A stretch of DNA of 64,000 nt from Gammaproteobacteria bacterium (GCA_029862125.1 JAOTXY010000010.1:41-64040), one strand, 5' to 3'; numbered from the stretch's first letter, positions 40,579 to 49,941 are shown. A program made the numbers and translations. Notes: generated by a model not told the origin, from the letters alone.

Positions 40579-40706
40579 GGTTGCCCGCTGATTTTGAAGA
40601 TTTAATAGTAGATTAATCTAACAGAAGATTAGTCGCTACAAGTTTGTCATCTGAAACAGACGAATTTAAACCAAATAACATCAGAAAATTTAAGAGGAGC
40701 ATCATC

Positions 40707-41024
40707 ATGAGCCGTTCACCTAGAATCGCAATAAGCGGGATTGTCGCCCTGTTAAGCGGGGGCCTCGGTCTCAGCCAGAGTTATGCCGCCGATGCGGTGC
40801 CGCGAGCCGAGTTACTGGCGTCCATGTGTATCACCTGTCACGGCGCTAATGGTAAAGGCGCCAAGCCTATGCCTGGGATTAACGGCGAGGAACCCGCCGA
40901 TTTTATCGACCTGATGCAGGCCTTCGCCAACGGTGAAGAGTCCACCAGTATCATGGATCGCCATGCCCAGGGTTATACCGAGGCCGAGCTCAAGCTGCTC
41001 GCCGAATATTTCAGCAAACAATAA
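40707..41024 (+). CDS. fccA: Monoheme cytochrome c subunit of flavocytochrome c sulfide dehydrogenase
   Basis: Signal peptide, CITCHG, SIMDRHAQGYTEAEL; directly upstream of fccB; ATG 40707 after GAGGAG. Confidence 0.82.
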   Translation: MSRSPRIAISGIVALLSGGLGLSQSYAADAVPRAELLASMCITCHGANGKGAKPMPGINGEEPADFIDLMQAFANGEESTSIMDRHAQGYTEAELKLLAEYFSKQ

Positions 41025-41039
41025 TAGAGGAGAAAGACA

Positions 41040-42323
41040 ATGAAAGCATATGATCGCAGAGACTTTCTCAAGGTAATCGGAGCCGCGGGCGCAGTAACCG
41101 GGTTGGGTAGCCTGGTGTGGCCAATGGAAGCCCTGGCCGCAGCCAGCGGAAAAGTGGTTGTCGTTGGTGGCGGTTTCGGTGGCGCGACCTGCGCCCGGTA
41201 TCTGAAACGCTGGGGACCCCAACTCGATGTCACCCTGGTTGAGCGCGATACCAGCTATATCACCTGCCCGTTTTCCAACGAGGTGCTCTCGGGTAATCTT
41301 GACATCAGCAAGATTACCCACGACTACGGCAATATCCACGCTCAGGGTATCAATGTGGTGCACGACGAGGTCACCGCTATCGATGCCGGTGGAAAATCGA
41401 TCAACCTCAAGTATGGCGGTTCGATGAAATTCGATAAATTGGTTGTATCACCGGGTATCGCGTTCAAGTGGGGTGCGATTGAAAATGACCAGGCGGCGGT
41501 GCAACGGGCAATGCCGCACTCATGGAAAGCCGGCGAACAGACGCTATTGCTGAGAAAACAGTTGCAGGCTATGCGCGACGGCGGCACCGTCATCATCGTG
41601 CCACCGAAGAAACCGTTTCGCTGTCCACCCGGACCTTATGAACGCGCCAGCCTGATTGCACATTATCTCAAGTGGAACAAGCCGAAGTCCAAAATCCTGA
41701 TTGTCGATGCCAACCCGACCCATTCCAAGCAGGCTGCGTTTCACGAAGCCTGGAACAAGGAATACGGTAACATGATCGAATGGATCAAGGATACCGACGG
41801 TGGCGTCATTACCAGAGCGGATCCGGGCAACATGACCCTGCGCAATGATTTTGGCGACGAATACAAGGGTGATGTAATCAACCTGATCCCCTATCAAAAA
41901 GCGGGCGAACTGGTTGAAACCGCCGGCCTGACCAACAAGGATGGCTGGTGTACCGTCGATATGGGCACTTTTGAATCGGCAAAGGCCAGGGATGTACATA
42001 TCATCGGTGACGCCTGCGTCGCCGGTGCCATGCCAAAATCTGGCCACTCGGCGGCTTCGCAGGCGAAGAATTGTGCTGCTGCGATCGTTTCCATGCTCGC
42101 CGGAGATACACCACCCGAACCGACCTATGCCAACACCTGTTACAGCCTGATCGGACCCAAGTACGGTATTTCGGTGGCCGCAGTTTACCGCCTTAAAGAC
42201 GGGGTCATCGTCAAGGTTTCCGGTGGAGTCAGTAAAGTAGGCAACAAGGATCGGGTACATGAGAACGAAGCCAAGTATGCCCGCGGCTGGTACAAGTCAA
42301 TCACCTCCGACGTGTTCGGTTGA
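41040..42323 (+). CDS. fccB: Flavocytochrome c sulfide dehydrogenase flavoprotein (FccB/SoxF)
   Basis: Tat RRDFLK, GGGFGG, YITCPFSN (FAD-linking Cys), FRCPPGPYERASL, MPKSG, NTCYS. Confidence 0.93.
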   Translation: MKAYDRRDFLKVIGAAGAVTGLGSLVWPMEALAAASGKVVVVGGGFGGATCARYLKRWGPQLDVTLVERDTSYITCPFSNEVLSGNLDISKITHDYGNIHAQGINVVHDEVTAIDAGGKSINLKYGGSMKFDKLVVSPGIAFKWGAIENDQAAVQRAMPHSWKAGEQTLLLRKQLQAMRDGGTVIIVPPKKPFRCPPGPYERASLIAHYLKWNKPKSKILIVDANPTHSKQAAFHEAWNKEYGNMIEWIKDTDGGVITRADPGNMTLRNDFGDEYKGDVINLIPYQKAGELVETAGLTNKDGWCTVDMGTFESAKARDVHIIGDACVAGAMPKSGHSAASQAKNCAAAIVSMLAGDTPPEPTYANTCYSLIGPKYGISVAAVYRLKDGVIVKVSGGVSKVGNKDRVHENEAKYARGWYKSITSDVFG

Positions 42324-42348
42324 GCCGATCGATATCTGGTAATGAGAT

Positions 42349-42368
42349 GGGTGGCGTTCGCGCCACCC
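42349..42368 (+). terminator. Hairpin between fccB and soxY
   Basis: GGGTGGCG-TTCG-CGCCACCC followed by only a short T run; weak terminator or stabilising stem. Confidence 0.45.
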
Positions 42369-42394
42369 CGTTTGATTAGGAAGTTAATGGACCG

Positions 42395-42862
42395 ATGAGA
42401 AGACGAACTTTATTGCAAAACCTGTCTGCGGTTGCAGCTACCTGGGTGGCCGGCGGTAGCGGTATATTTTATTCAATGCTGGCGAACGCAGCGTCGAGAC
42501 CAGATGCGGCGTTTCTGGCCAAGGATGCCGACACGGCGATGATGGAGGTACTGGGTACCCGGGAAGCCACCGCCAGCGACCAAATCAAGCTCGATGCCCC
42601 GCTGCAGGCGGAAAACGGCGCGGTGGTTCCAATCGAGGTATCGACCACCCTGCCGTCTCCCGAATCTGTCGTCGTGGTGGTGCCTAATAACCCGACACCG
42701 TTGTTGAGCGTCATAGAGACCACGCCCCGTACCGGCAACTACTTCAGAATGCGTATCAAAATGGCGGGCACCGATAACGTCATGGTATATGTCAAATCAG
42801 AAGGCCAGTGGTACGTCACCTCGCAGGAAGTGCGAGTTGCGATCGGCGGCTGCGGTGGTTGA
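42395..42862 (+). CDS. soxY: Sulfur carrier protein SoxY
   Basis: Tat MRRRTLL, AENGAVVP, NNPTP, RIKM, C-terminal VAIGGCGG. Confidence 0.95.
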   Translation: MRRRTLLQNLSAVAATWVAGGSGIFYSMLANAASRPDAAFLAKDADTAMMEVLGTREATASDQIKLDAPLQAENGAVVPIEVSTTLPSPESVVVVVPNNPTPLLSVIETTPRTGNYFRMRIKMAGTDNVMVYVKSEGQWYVTSQEVRVAIGGCGG

Positions 42863-42891
42863 TATATCGATTTTGCTGAGGAATTTGCACT

Positions 42892-43206
42892 ATGGCGAAA
42901 AGACGTACAAGGCTCAAAGCGGAAATAATGGGCAGTGGTATCCGCGCGACCTGTTTAATCAAACATCCGATGGAAACGGGCAATCGGCTCGATTCTGACG
43001 GCAACAAGATCCCGATTCACTACATCAAGTACGTGAAGTTTTCGGTCAACGGCGAGCATGTCGGCACGCTCAACCTCGGTCCCGGGGTGTCGGCAGATCC
43101 TTATCTATCGTTTGATATTGCCGACGTCAAGGTAGGTGATACGCTCGCCTTGCAGTGGGAAGACAACAAGAGCGAATCGGACACCGTGGAACGCGTCGTC
43201 AAGTAG
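42892..43206 (+). CDS. soxZ: Sulfur carrier protein SoxZ
   Basis: LIKHPMETG, IPIHYI, GVSADPY, WEDNK. Confidence 0.94.
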   Translation: MAKRRTRLKAEIMGSGIRATCLIKHPMETGNRLDSDGNKIPIHYIKYVKFSVNGEHVGTLNLGPGVSADPYLSFDIADVKVGDTLALQWEDNKSESDTVERVVK

Positions 43207-43241
43207 GCGTTTCAGTGTTTACTGAAGGGGGGCATAGAGTT

Positions 43242-43967
43242 ATGCGTGAATCGGGACTTTTGGTTATGTTGCTGGCGGTTATTATCCACCCCGGAAACGG
43301 GTTAGCTCAGCAAGGCTCGGACACGGAGTTGCCGCCCAGCGTGTCGGCGGAACTCGCGCCTAATTATGAGTCCGGCCCACGTCTGATCCAGGATTTGTCC
43401 GATGAGGCGCAAAAAATTCGCCGCCAGCAATTGATGCGGCAATCGAATCGCGTCATGCCACCGGTACCGCGGGCGCAAAAAAAGGCGCTTTTTGACATGA
43501 TGACCCCCATGAGCAGTATGTCGATGCGCGATCTGTTCAATTTCATGACCGATAAAATCAAGGCCGATCCCGAATTGACATTCGACGACGTCGTCGAGGC
43601 GATGGAACTCAAGGCCAATGAAGTAAATTTCAAAAAAGTGGGGCATAACGAATTCTGGCGGGACGTCAGCGCTTTCTCCGGTTTGCCGACTCTGCGGCTC
43701 GAGATACTCCAGTTCTGCGACGCCTCGGTCGGCCGGCGCATGCTCGATTACAGTCCCGAATTTTCGATTTTCATTCCCTGCCGGATTACGGTCATGGAGG
43801 ACGCCACCGGCGAAATCTGGTTGATGACGCTGGACTGGGACGTCAGCTGGCTGGCGCGAGCCTGGCAGCCTGGATCCCGGCTGGATCCGGAGCTGGTCAA
43901 GGATGCAATCCGTATCCGCGATGCGATGACCGAAATCATGCAGGCCGGCGCCTCCGGAGACTGGTGA
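43242..43967 (+). CDS. DUF302 domain protein, exported
   Basis: EILQFCDA...FSIFIPCRITVMED motif; signal peptide from ATG 43242. Confidence 0.8.
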   Translation: MRESGLLVMLLAVIIHPGNGLAQQGSDTELPPSVSAELAPNYESGPRLIQDLSDEAQKIRRQQLMRQSNRVMPPVPRAQKKALFDMMTPMSSMSMRDLFNFMTDKIKADPELTFDDVVEAMELKANEVNFKKVGHNEFWRDVSAFSGLPTLRLEILQFCDASVGRRMLDYSPEFSIFIPCRITVMEDATGEIWLMTLDWDVSWLARAWQPGSRLDPELVKDAIRIRDAMTEIMQAGASGDW

Positions 43968-44030
43968 AGCGGGCATGATCGCAGCCTGAGTTACGGCCTC
44001 GAGGTAATGCCATTATAATTTTTAAATTAT

Positions 44031-44819
44031 TTGAAAGGTGACAGCTTGCAGACACTGGCTTTTCATCGCTCGCTAGCATATTGCGTGAGTGTCCTGTTAC
44101 TCGCCACATTGGTTTTTGCGGCCCGTGCCGAAATCCATTCGACCCTTGAAATCAACGACGAAATCGAAATTGATATTGTCACATTCGGCGAACCGGCGAA
44201 GACCGGCATTATCTGGTTTGCCTGCAGACAGGGGGAGGATGCGATCGAGTTTGAAACCGCAAGAAAGCTGGTAAGCAGGGGGTATCAGATTTATTTCCCC
44301 GATATGTTGAGTGCGCATTTCCTGTCGTCCCTGCCGTCGAATATCGCGCGGATTCCGGCTGCCGAGGTTGTCACTGTGATCAGGCATATCATCGATACCT
44401 CGACTGCCGAGCGATTGTTTCTGCTGGCCGGCGCACGCGCCGCGGTACCGATAATCCGCGGCCTGGCCGATAAAAATTTGCAACAGATGGACTCGAAATT
44501 GAAAGGTGCATTATTGATCACTCCCCGAATTTACAAAACAATGCCCGATCCCGGCTCCGAACCGGTTTATATCGATGAAACTGGATTGTCAATCCACCCA
44601 ATCCTGGTACTGGAAGGCGAACGTACCCCTAACCGTTGGGGATTGCCGCATTTGGTAGCAGCGCTAACAAAATCAGGCAGCCGGGTGCAAACCGATTTGA
44701 TTGACGGAGTGCGCGGCTACTTTTATTTACGCGACAACCAGACCCCGGCCGAGATGGAATTAACCCGCCAACTCGATTCATTGATTCATGATAATTTGCA
44801 GAAACTCGGAGCAATTTGA
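44031..44819 (+). CDS. Hypothetical exported protein, alpha/beta-hydrolase-like fold without an obvious nucleophile
   Basis: Signal peptide; LFLLAGARAA where GxSxG would be expected; PILVLEG strand; fold is inference. Confidence 0.6.
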   Translation: MKGDSLQTLAFHRSLAYCVSVLLLATLVFAARAEIHSTLEINDEIEIDIVTFGEPAKTGIIWFACRQGEDAIEFETARKLVSRGYQIYFPDMLSAHFLSSLPSNIARIPAAEVVTVIRHIIDTSTAERLFLLAGARAAVPIIRGLADKNLQQMDSKLKGALLITPRIYKTMPDPGSEPVYIDETGLSIHPILVLEGERTPNRWGLPHLVAALTKSGSRVQTDLIDGVRGYFYLRDNQTPAEMELTRQLDSLIHDNLQKLGAI

Positions 44820-44821
44820 GA

Positions 44822-45337
44822 ATGGGTTTTTACCGGCACCTGATATTTTGTCTGTCGCTGGCTTTACTGGGTCAGCAGGCGCAGGCTGTCGCGGGTCAGT
44901 TAAAAGAATATTGGGGTGATATGACGTCACCCGAGATTGAATTACCCGATTTGCAGGGGCGGCAACATTCGCTGGCCGACTATCACGGCAACGTCGTGCT
45001 GGTACAGTTCTGGGCTACCTATTGCACGCCCTGTCGTACCGAAATGCCGACCATGAATCGGCTGATTAAAAAGATGCGAGGTAAGCCGTTCAAAATCGTC
45101 ACCGTCAACATGGCCGAATCACCCGGGCAGGTGCGGCAGTTTTTACAGGAAGTGCCGGTCGACTTTCCGGTGCTAATGGATAGCGATGGCAGCACCCTGA
45201 GTCGATGGAAGGTTTTTGCCGCTCCAGCAAATTTTATTCTCGACAAGCAGGGTAAAATCACCTTTACGCTGTACGGTGCAATTGAATGGGATTCGGATGA
45301 AATGGTCAGTCGGTTAAACGCGCTGAGCGAAGAATAA
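44822..45337 (+). CDS. TlpA/ResA-like thiol-disulfide oxidoreductase
   Basis: VLVQFWATYCTPCRTEMP, FILDKQG, GAIEWDS. Confidence 0.92.
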   Translation: MGFYRHLIFCLSLALLGQQAQAVAGQLKEYWGDMTSPEIELPDLQGRQHSLADYHGNVVLVQFWATYCTPCRTEMPTMNRLIKKMRGKPFKIVTVNMAESPGQVRQFLQEVPVDFPVLMDSDGSTLSRWKVFAAPANFILDKQGKITFTLYGAIEWDSDEMVSRLNALSEE

Positions 45338-45352
45338 GTTCATCCGGCAGAC

Positions 45353-45970
45353 TCAGTTAACCGAGGCATAGAAATTCAGCAGCGCCTCGATGTCCTCCTG
45401 ATTCAGCTTCTTCAGCCGGTTTGACATGCGCCGTGACACGAGGCGTTTGCCGCTGAGAATATTTTTGAACTGCAGCCTCAGGTATGGCGTCCATTGCCCG
45501 GCGAGGATGTTCTTGTCATCTGTGGGTTCGGTACCGTTTTTCAGGTGACATCGTTCGCAATGCTTCTCGTGTAGAATTGCGCCGCGACTGGCAAGTTCCG
45601 GATTAAACGCCTGACTTCTTGGGATATACTTCCGCTTGGAAAAATAATTCGCCAGCCCCTTGAGATCCGCGTCGCTCAATTGCTTCGCAATGTTGATCAT
45701 AACGGTTTCGGGCTCGTTGGGCTGCTGAAATTCAATTGCGATACGCCTGTTTTCCCGATACTCGTCCATGGTGTAGAGAAATCCCGCGTAGGAAAAACCG
45801 GAGATGCTCGGGAAAATAGGTAATACGCTGTTACCATCCTGTCCATGACAGATCTCGCAACGTATTACCAGGTCGTCAGTATCTTCGGCAGGCCCGGGAG
45901 CGGTAAATAGCGCAAGGCCTACCGTTAACAGGTAAGCGGGAACACGGTGCATGAGCCGGATCACAATCAT
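45353..45970 (-). CDS. Diheme cytochrome c4/FccA-like
   Basis: Signal peptide, CEICH and CERCH, ILAGQWTPYL. Confidence 0.9.
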   Translation of the reverse strand: MIVIRLMHRVPAYLLTVGLALFTAPGPAEDTDDLVIRCEICHGQDGNSVLPIFPSISGFSYAGFLYTMDEYRENRRIAIEFQQPNEPETVMINIAKQLSDADLKGLANYFSKRKYIPRSQAFNPELASRGAILHEKHCERCHLKNGTEPTDDKNILAGQWTPYLRLQFKNILSGKRLVSRRMSNRLKKLNQEDIEALLNFYASVN

Positions 45971-46027
45971 CTGTTACCACACTTGGCATGTTTAAGCCCG
46001 ATATTAATCAAAACTTGCCGAAATGGA

Positions 46028-46041
46028 TTGATATATCTCAA
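46028..46041 (-). promoter_or_regulatory. FNR/Crp-family box upstream of the diheme cytochrome
   Basis: TTGAT-ATAT-CTCAA inside a GGATTGA..TCAATCC palindrome; TAATAT 21 nt downstream on the minus strand. Confidence 0.7.
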
Positions 46042-46151
46042 TCCGTGTCTTTTTTACTTTGGAGCTGGTTCCGAAAACCAGGAATGAAACTTGCGCCTAT
46101 CAGGCGATCGCGAATGTTGCTGCCCCTAGGCCGAGGCGAACAGGTGATACT

Positions 46152-46691
46152 TTATTGTGCGGGCATCGGCAGCGGCATCTGGGTGCCAGGCACCATGCCC
46201 CATGGCCAGCTGTGCATGCCCGGTAGCGGATCACCCGGATTTAGGCCGTACTTCTCTTCGACCGCGCGCTGCCAATATTCGGCGGCTTTCGGGTCCGATA
46301 TCGACGCCATCATGTCGTTGTAGGCTTCAGGATTAGCCATCGTCATCGGATTCATCATCGCCGAGACGTAGGGGCCGAAGAATTGCTGATAGCGGCCCAC
46401 GTCTTCGTTGTCATGACAGGCCGCGCAGCTGCTGATCGGATTGGCCCAGATGCGCGGATCCATCGACATCGTCATCATCATGGCCCAGCTGTTGGGATCC
46501 ATTGTTTTTGCTATGGTTTTAGCGGCCCGGTTAACTTCGCTGGAACCAGACGCTGCCTGTTGGTCCTGCGCCTGCAACGGATTGCTGGCCAATACCGTCA
46601 CCAACAATACTAAAAATAAAATACCGGCTAAACCCTTACTCTGCGTCGCATGAAACCATTGGTTAAGCTTGATCATAGCGAAATCCATCAC
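46152..46691 (-). CDS. Met-rich putative monoheme protein
   Basis: Signal-like segment, CAACH, MDP/MNP motifs; 4-nt overlap with the upstream cytochrome c5 gene. Confidence 0.72.
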   Translation of the reverse strand: MMDFAMIKLNQWFHATQSKGLAGILFLVLLVTVLASNPLQAQDQQAASGSSEVNRAAKTIAKTMDPNSWAMMMTMSMDPRIWANPISSCAACHDNEDVGRYQQFFGPYVSAMMNPMTMANPEAYNDMMASISDPKAAEYWQRAVEEKYGLNPGDPLPGMHSWPWGMVPGTQMPLPMPAQ

Positions 46692-47044
46692 TGTGAATTG
46701 TGGATGATGTAGTCGACCGCGGCCCTAACCTGATCGTCGGTGAGGTTCCAGTTGCCGCCGCGCGCCGGCATGCGTTTGCCGGAACTGCCGGTCCAGCCAT
46801 TAATTGCGTGCCGATACAAAACTGTCCTGCCGCTATCGATACGCGCCTTCCAGGCATTTTTATCACCGATTCGCGGCGCGCCACCAACGCCCGGCCAGTG
46901 GCAAACCGTACAGGTACGATTAAATACGCCCCAGCCTTCTTTCAAACGTTCGGTCGAGGGTTGCTCCTCGGCAAACGCAGGCCCTGTTAACGACGCCAGG
47001 CCAACGCCGAGTCCAAGAATCATTGCTTGTAAATGATGGTTCAT
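46688..47044 (-). CDS. Cytochrome c5
   Basis: CTVCH, GVGGAPRIGDKNAW, MPARGG, LTDDQVRAAVDY. Confidence 0.92.
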   Translation of the reverse strand: MNHHLQAMILGLGVGLASLTGPAFAEEQPSTERLKEGWGVFNRTCTVCHWPGVGGAPRIGDKNAWKARIDSGRTVLYRHAINGWTGSSGKRMPARGGNWNLTDDQVRAAVDYIIHNSQ

Positions 47045-47104
47045 GCGTCTTCTCGCTGCCTTATCTCCGTCGTTGCAATGGCCCGCCTCGATATACCAGT
47101 TTGA

Positions 47105-47830
47105 TCACTGGCCGGATTCCGGCTGGGTCGGCGGTCGCGGCATGTAGGTCGATGGATTGAATGGGTTAAAAAATGACTGCCCCTGGGTTGCCTGACCGGG
47201 TACCTGTCCCGGTTGCATCATCTGGGTCCAGGCGTTGGGGTCAAACCAGTTGAGCGCCGGCGCCTGTGCCGTTGTCGGGAACGTGTAAGCCGCTGGATTC
47301 ATCCATTGCATGTAAGTCGCGGGATTCATGTACATCGCGTAATTCCCGGGATTCATCCATTGCATGTAGGTCGAGGGATTCATGAAGGTCATGTACTCCA
47401 TCGGATTCATCATCGCCATATAGTTCGAGGGATTCATGAAGTTCATGTAAGACGCTGGATTCATCCAGCTCATCCAGTTGTTGGGATTGGCGAATTGCAT
47501 GTAGAACTGCGGCGTCATGAATTGACCGTAAGTCGCCGGGTTCATGAAGGCACCATAGGTGCTGGGCCGCATGAAAGCCGACCAGCCTCCTGGCGTCGCC
47601 AAATTCAGATGCGACGGGGCACCGGGCATGGCAGGCATTCCTGTCATACCTGGCATCGTCGTCGCACCTGGCATCGCCATCCAGGATGACGAATCGAACC
47701 AGTTGGGGACAACGGGTTGAGCCTGAGCCGCAGCTGTACCCGTCGGTAACTTAAGGTACAAAGATGTTATCGGTGGTGCCGCCCACAGCACGCTAATCAA
47801 TGCGAGGGCTGCAAATGTTTTCCTGATCAT
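47105..47830 (-). CDS. Putatively secreted Met/aromatic-rich tandem-repeat protein
   Basis: GGAGG RBS, signal-like N-terminus, 11 consecutive 9-aa units [FWYM]-M-N-P-x-x-Y-M-x. Confidence 0.85.
   Translation of the reverse strand: MIRKTFAALALISVLWAAPPITSLYLKLPTGTAAAQAQPVVPNWFDSSSWMAMPGATTMPGMTGMPAMPGAPSHLNLATPGGWSAFMRPSTYGAFMNPATYGQFMTPQFYMQFANPNNWMSWMNPASYMNFMNPSNYMAMMNPMEYMTFMNPSTYMQWMNPGNYAMYMNPATYMQWMNPAAYTFPTTAQAPALNWFDPNAWTQMMQPGQVPGQATQGQSFFNPFNPSTYMPRPPTQPESGQ
47279..47575 (-). repeat. Coding tandem repeat, 27-nt period, 11 units
   Basis: GGATTCAT-like core recurring every 27 nt on the + strand; in frame with 47105-47830. Confidence 0.9.
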
Positions 47831-48045
47831 GGGAACCTCCAGCTAAGCCTCAATTGACGTAATCGATAACGCCACTACGGTTATTCCAATAATTTAAACC
47901 GTATTGGTTGCCAGATATATACCCCACAAGATATATGGTCTTCTATCGAAGGAGTTTTGATCGAATATCGCGCGCATAATTGCTGGTGGAACGCCGGTAG
48001 GTCGAAAATCAAGTTCGGTCAATAGCCACAATTTGTGCGATTTTT

Positions 48046-48059
48046 TTGATCTGCGTCAA
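48046..48059 (+). promoter_or_regulatory. FNR/Crp-family box upstream of the diheme cytochrome
   Basis: TTGAT-CTGC-GTCAA; TTTAAT 21 nt downstream. Confidence 0.75.
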
Positions 48060-48158
48060 CTAGGAAGGGATAAGTATCCGTTTAATAAAATTGAAATTGG
48101 CGTGGATGTAATTACGTCAATCAATCAAAACAATTAATCTCAATCTTGGGGAGCTTTA

Positions 48159-48866
48159 ATGGATATCAAACAAATTGCAAGTTGGCTTCTTGCTTTGACA
48201 TTTATAGCCTGTTCACAGCTTAGCTATGCTGATGAAGTCTCGGCGATTGCACGCGGCGGAAAATTATACGATAAATGGTACGCGGTTATCGGTGCCGCCA
48301 AGCCTGATGGCACCCATCCGGCCTGGCCTGCATCCAATACCAAAAAGAAGGGCGCCACGACCCATCGCTGCAAATCCTGTCACGGTTGGGATTTAATGGG
48401 TAAGGACGGCGCCTATGCATCGGGTTCGTATAAAACCGGCATCGGTGGACTCACGCAACTGCAGGGTGCCGCAAACGCCAAAGTGATTGCGGCGTTGGAA
48501 GACTCGACTCACGGCTATGCCGGCAAGTTGAGTCAGCAGGATCTCACCGATCTGGCCAATTTCCTGACCAAGGGGCAATTCGATATCGACGCGGTAATCG
48601 ACCGTAAATCGAGAAAGGCCAAAAATGGTGACCGCTCCAAGGGTGAGTCTATTTACAAGACTGTCTGCGCTAACTGCCATGCAGAATCCGGCACGGAACC
48701 GGAGGGAATGCCCCCGCTCGGCGCACTTTCAAACAAAAACCCCTGGGAGACGATCCAGAAGATCATGAATGGCCAGCCCGATTCCGAGATGCCGGCGATA
48801 CGTGCTTTTGGCCTTCAGGTTGCGGTCGACATTCTGTCTTACGTGCAAACCCTGCCGAAGGAGTAG
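48159..48866 (+). CDS. Diheme c-type cytochrome
   Basis: Signal peptide, GGKLYDKWY, RCKSCHGWD, CANCH, NPWETIQKI..GQP..MP. Confidence 0.88.
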   Translation: MDIKQIASWLLALTFIACSQLSYADEVSAIARGGKLYDKWYAVIGAAKPDGTHPAWPASNTKKKGATTHRCKSCHGWDLMGKDGAYASGSYKTGIGGLTQLQGAANAKVIAALEDSTHGYAGKLSQQDLTDLANFLTKGQFDIDAVIDRKSRKAKNGDRSKGESIYKTVCANCHAESGTEPEGMPPLGALSNKNPWETIQKIMNGQPDSEMPAIRAFGLQVAVDILSYVQTLPKE

Positions 48867-48915
48867 CGGTCAATCTCTGCTTAAGGCGTAACCCCTTTTT
48901 CGCCGACCTGCAACA

Positions 48916-49833
48916 TTAGTCGGCGAGGCGGGTGGTCATCGGGTTGGTTTCGTATTGCGTCCACTGGTGCAGCGAACCATCGTACAATTTGACGTCCTGT
49001 TTGCCGAGTATTTCGCGCAATACGAACCAGGCCGATGAGGCTTCATAGCCGCTGTTGCAGTACAGGATCAGGCTATCGCCAGTATTGATGCGCAGCGAAT
49101 CGAGCAGGCTCAGGTAAGATTCACGGTCGAAGTAGCGATTGCCACCCTTCATCGGATTCAGAAATTTATATGGCATATTACGTGAGCCTGGAATATGCCC
49201 GTTGGCGTAAACGTAATCCTTCTTTTCGAGACCGACATGATAGCGTAGCTCACGCGTATCGATCAGCGTCACCGCATCATCCTGCATCGCTGCCCGAACC
49301 TGCTCCATGGTTGCCACCATATCCGGCTTTTCATCGCCAACCACGTAATTACCGGGCGTTACCGTGTCCACCTCGGTAACCAGGTCTTCGAGCGAGGCGA
49401 CCCAGCTCGGATTGCCGCCATCGAGTAATGTTACCCGGTCGAAGCCAAAATATTTCATGTGCCAATACAGCCGCGCGGCGCCGGTGACCTGCCCGGAGGT
49501 TTTGCCGCGATGCGTCAAAACCACGATGCTGTCACTATTAATCCCGTGCGCACGCATGAATTTTTCGAAGCTGGCGGGATCCGGTCGCATTCGCGTGATG
49601 TTCTTGTCATTGATGTCGCGCTCGATCCGTATCTCTTTCACATCGACCAGTATCGCGCCCGGAATATGTCCGTCAGTGAAACTCTTGATATTTTTGCGCA
49701 CGTCGAGGACCACAACCTCGTCGATATTGTTGGCCAGCCATTCGCCTTTGACCAGCGGCCCGGGGAATTCCACCGCGGCCAATTGTGACCCGTAAAAAAG
49801 TCCAAGCATTACCATCAGTAATAATTTCTTCAT
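48916..49833 (-). CDS. Periplasmic tandem-domain rhodanese/sulfurtransferase
   Basis: Signal peptide, GHIPGA, LLDGG, GHIPGS, active-site YCNSG, LYDGSLHQW. Confidence 0.92.
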   Translation of the reverse strand: MKKLLLMVMLGLFYGSQLAAVEFPGPLVKGEWLANNIDEVVVLDVRKNIKSFTDGHIPGAILVDVKEIRIERDINDKNITRMRPDPASFEKFMRAHGINSDSIVVLTHRGKTSGQVTGAARLYWHMKYFGFDRVTLLDGGNPSWVASLEDLVTEVDTVTPGNYVVGDEKPDMVATMEQVRAAMQDDAVTLIDTRELRYHVGLEKKDYVYANGHIPGSRNMPYKFLNPMKGGNRYFDRESYLSLLDSLRINTGDSLILYCNSGYEASSAWFVLREILGKQDVKLYDGSLHQWTQYETNPMTTRLAD

Positions 49834-49941
49834 AACAACACCTCATACCATTAATCTAATGATGCTGAGTCTGAATGCCGCGATCATGACCTTAGTCAAC
49901 TAAAACCATCAGGATCAGGCACGGTCTAACTTCAGGCTGGC

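Noticed and set aside
47279..47575. Regular 27-nt repeats as a CRISPR array
   Set aside because: Units are contiguous, degenerate and in frame within a CDS; there are no spacers and no cas genes.
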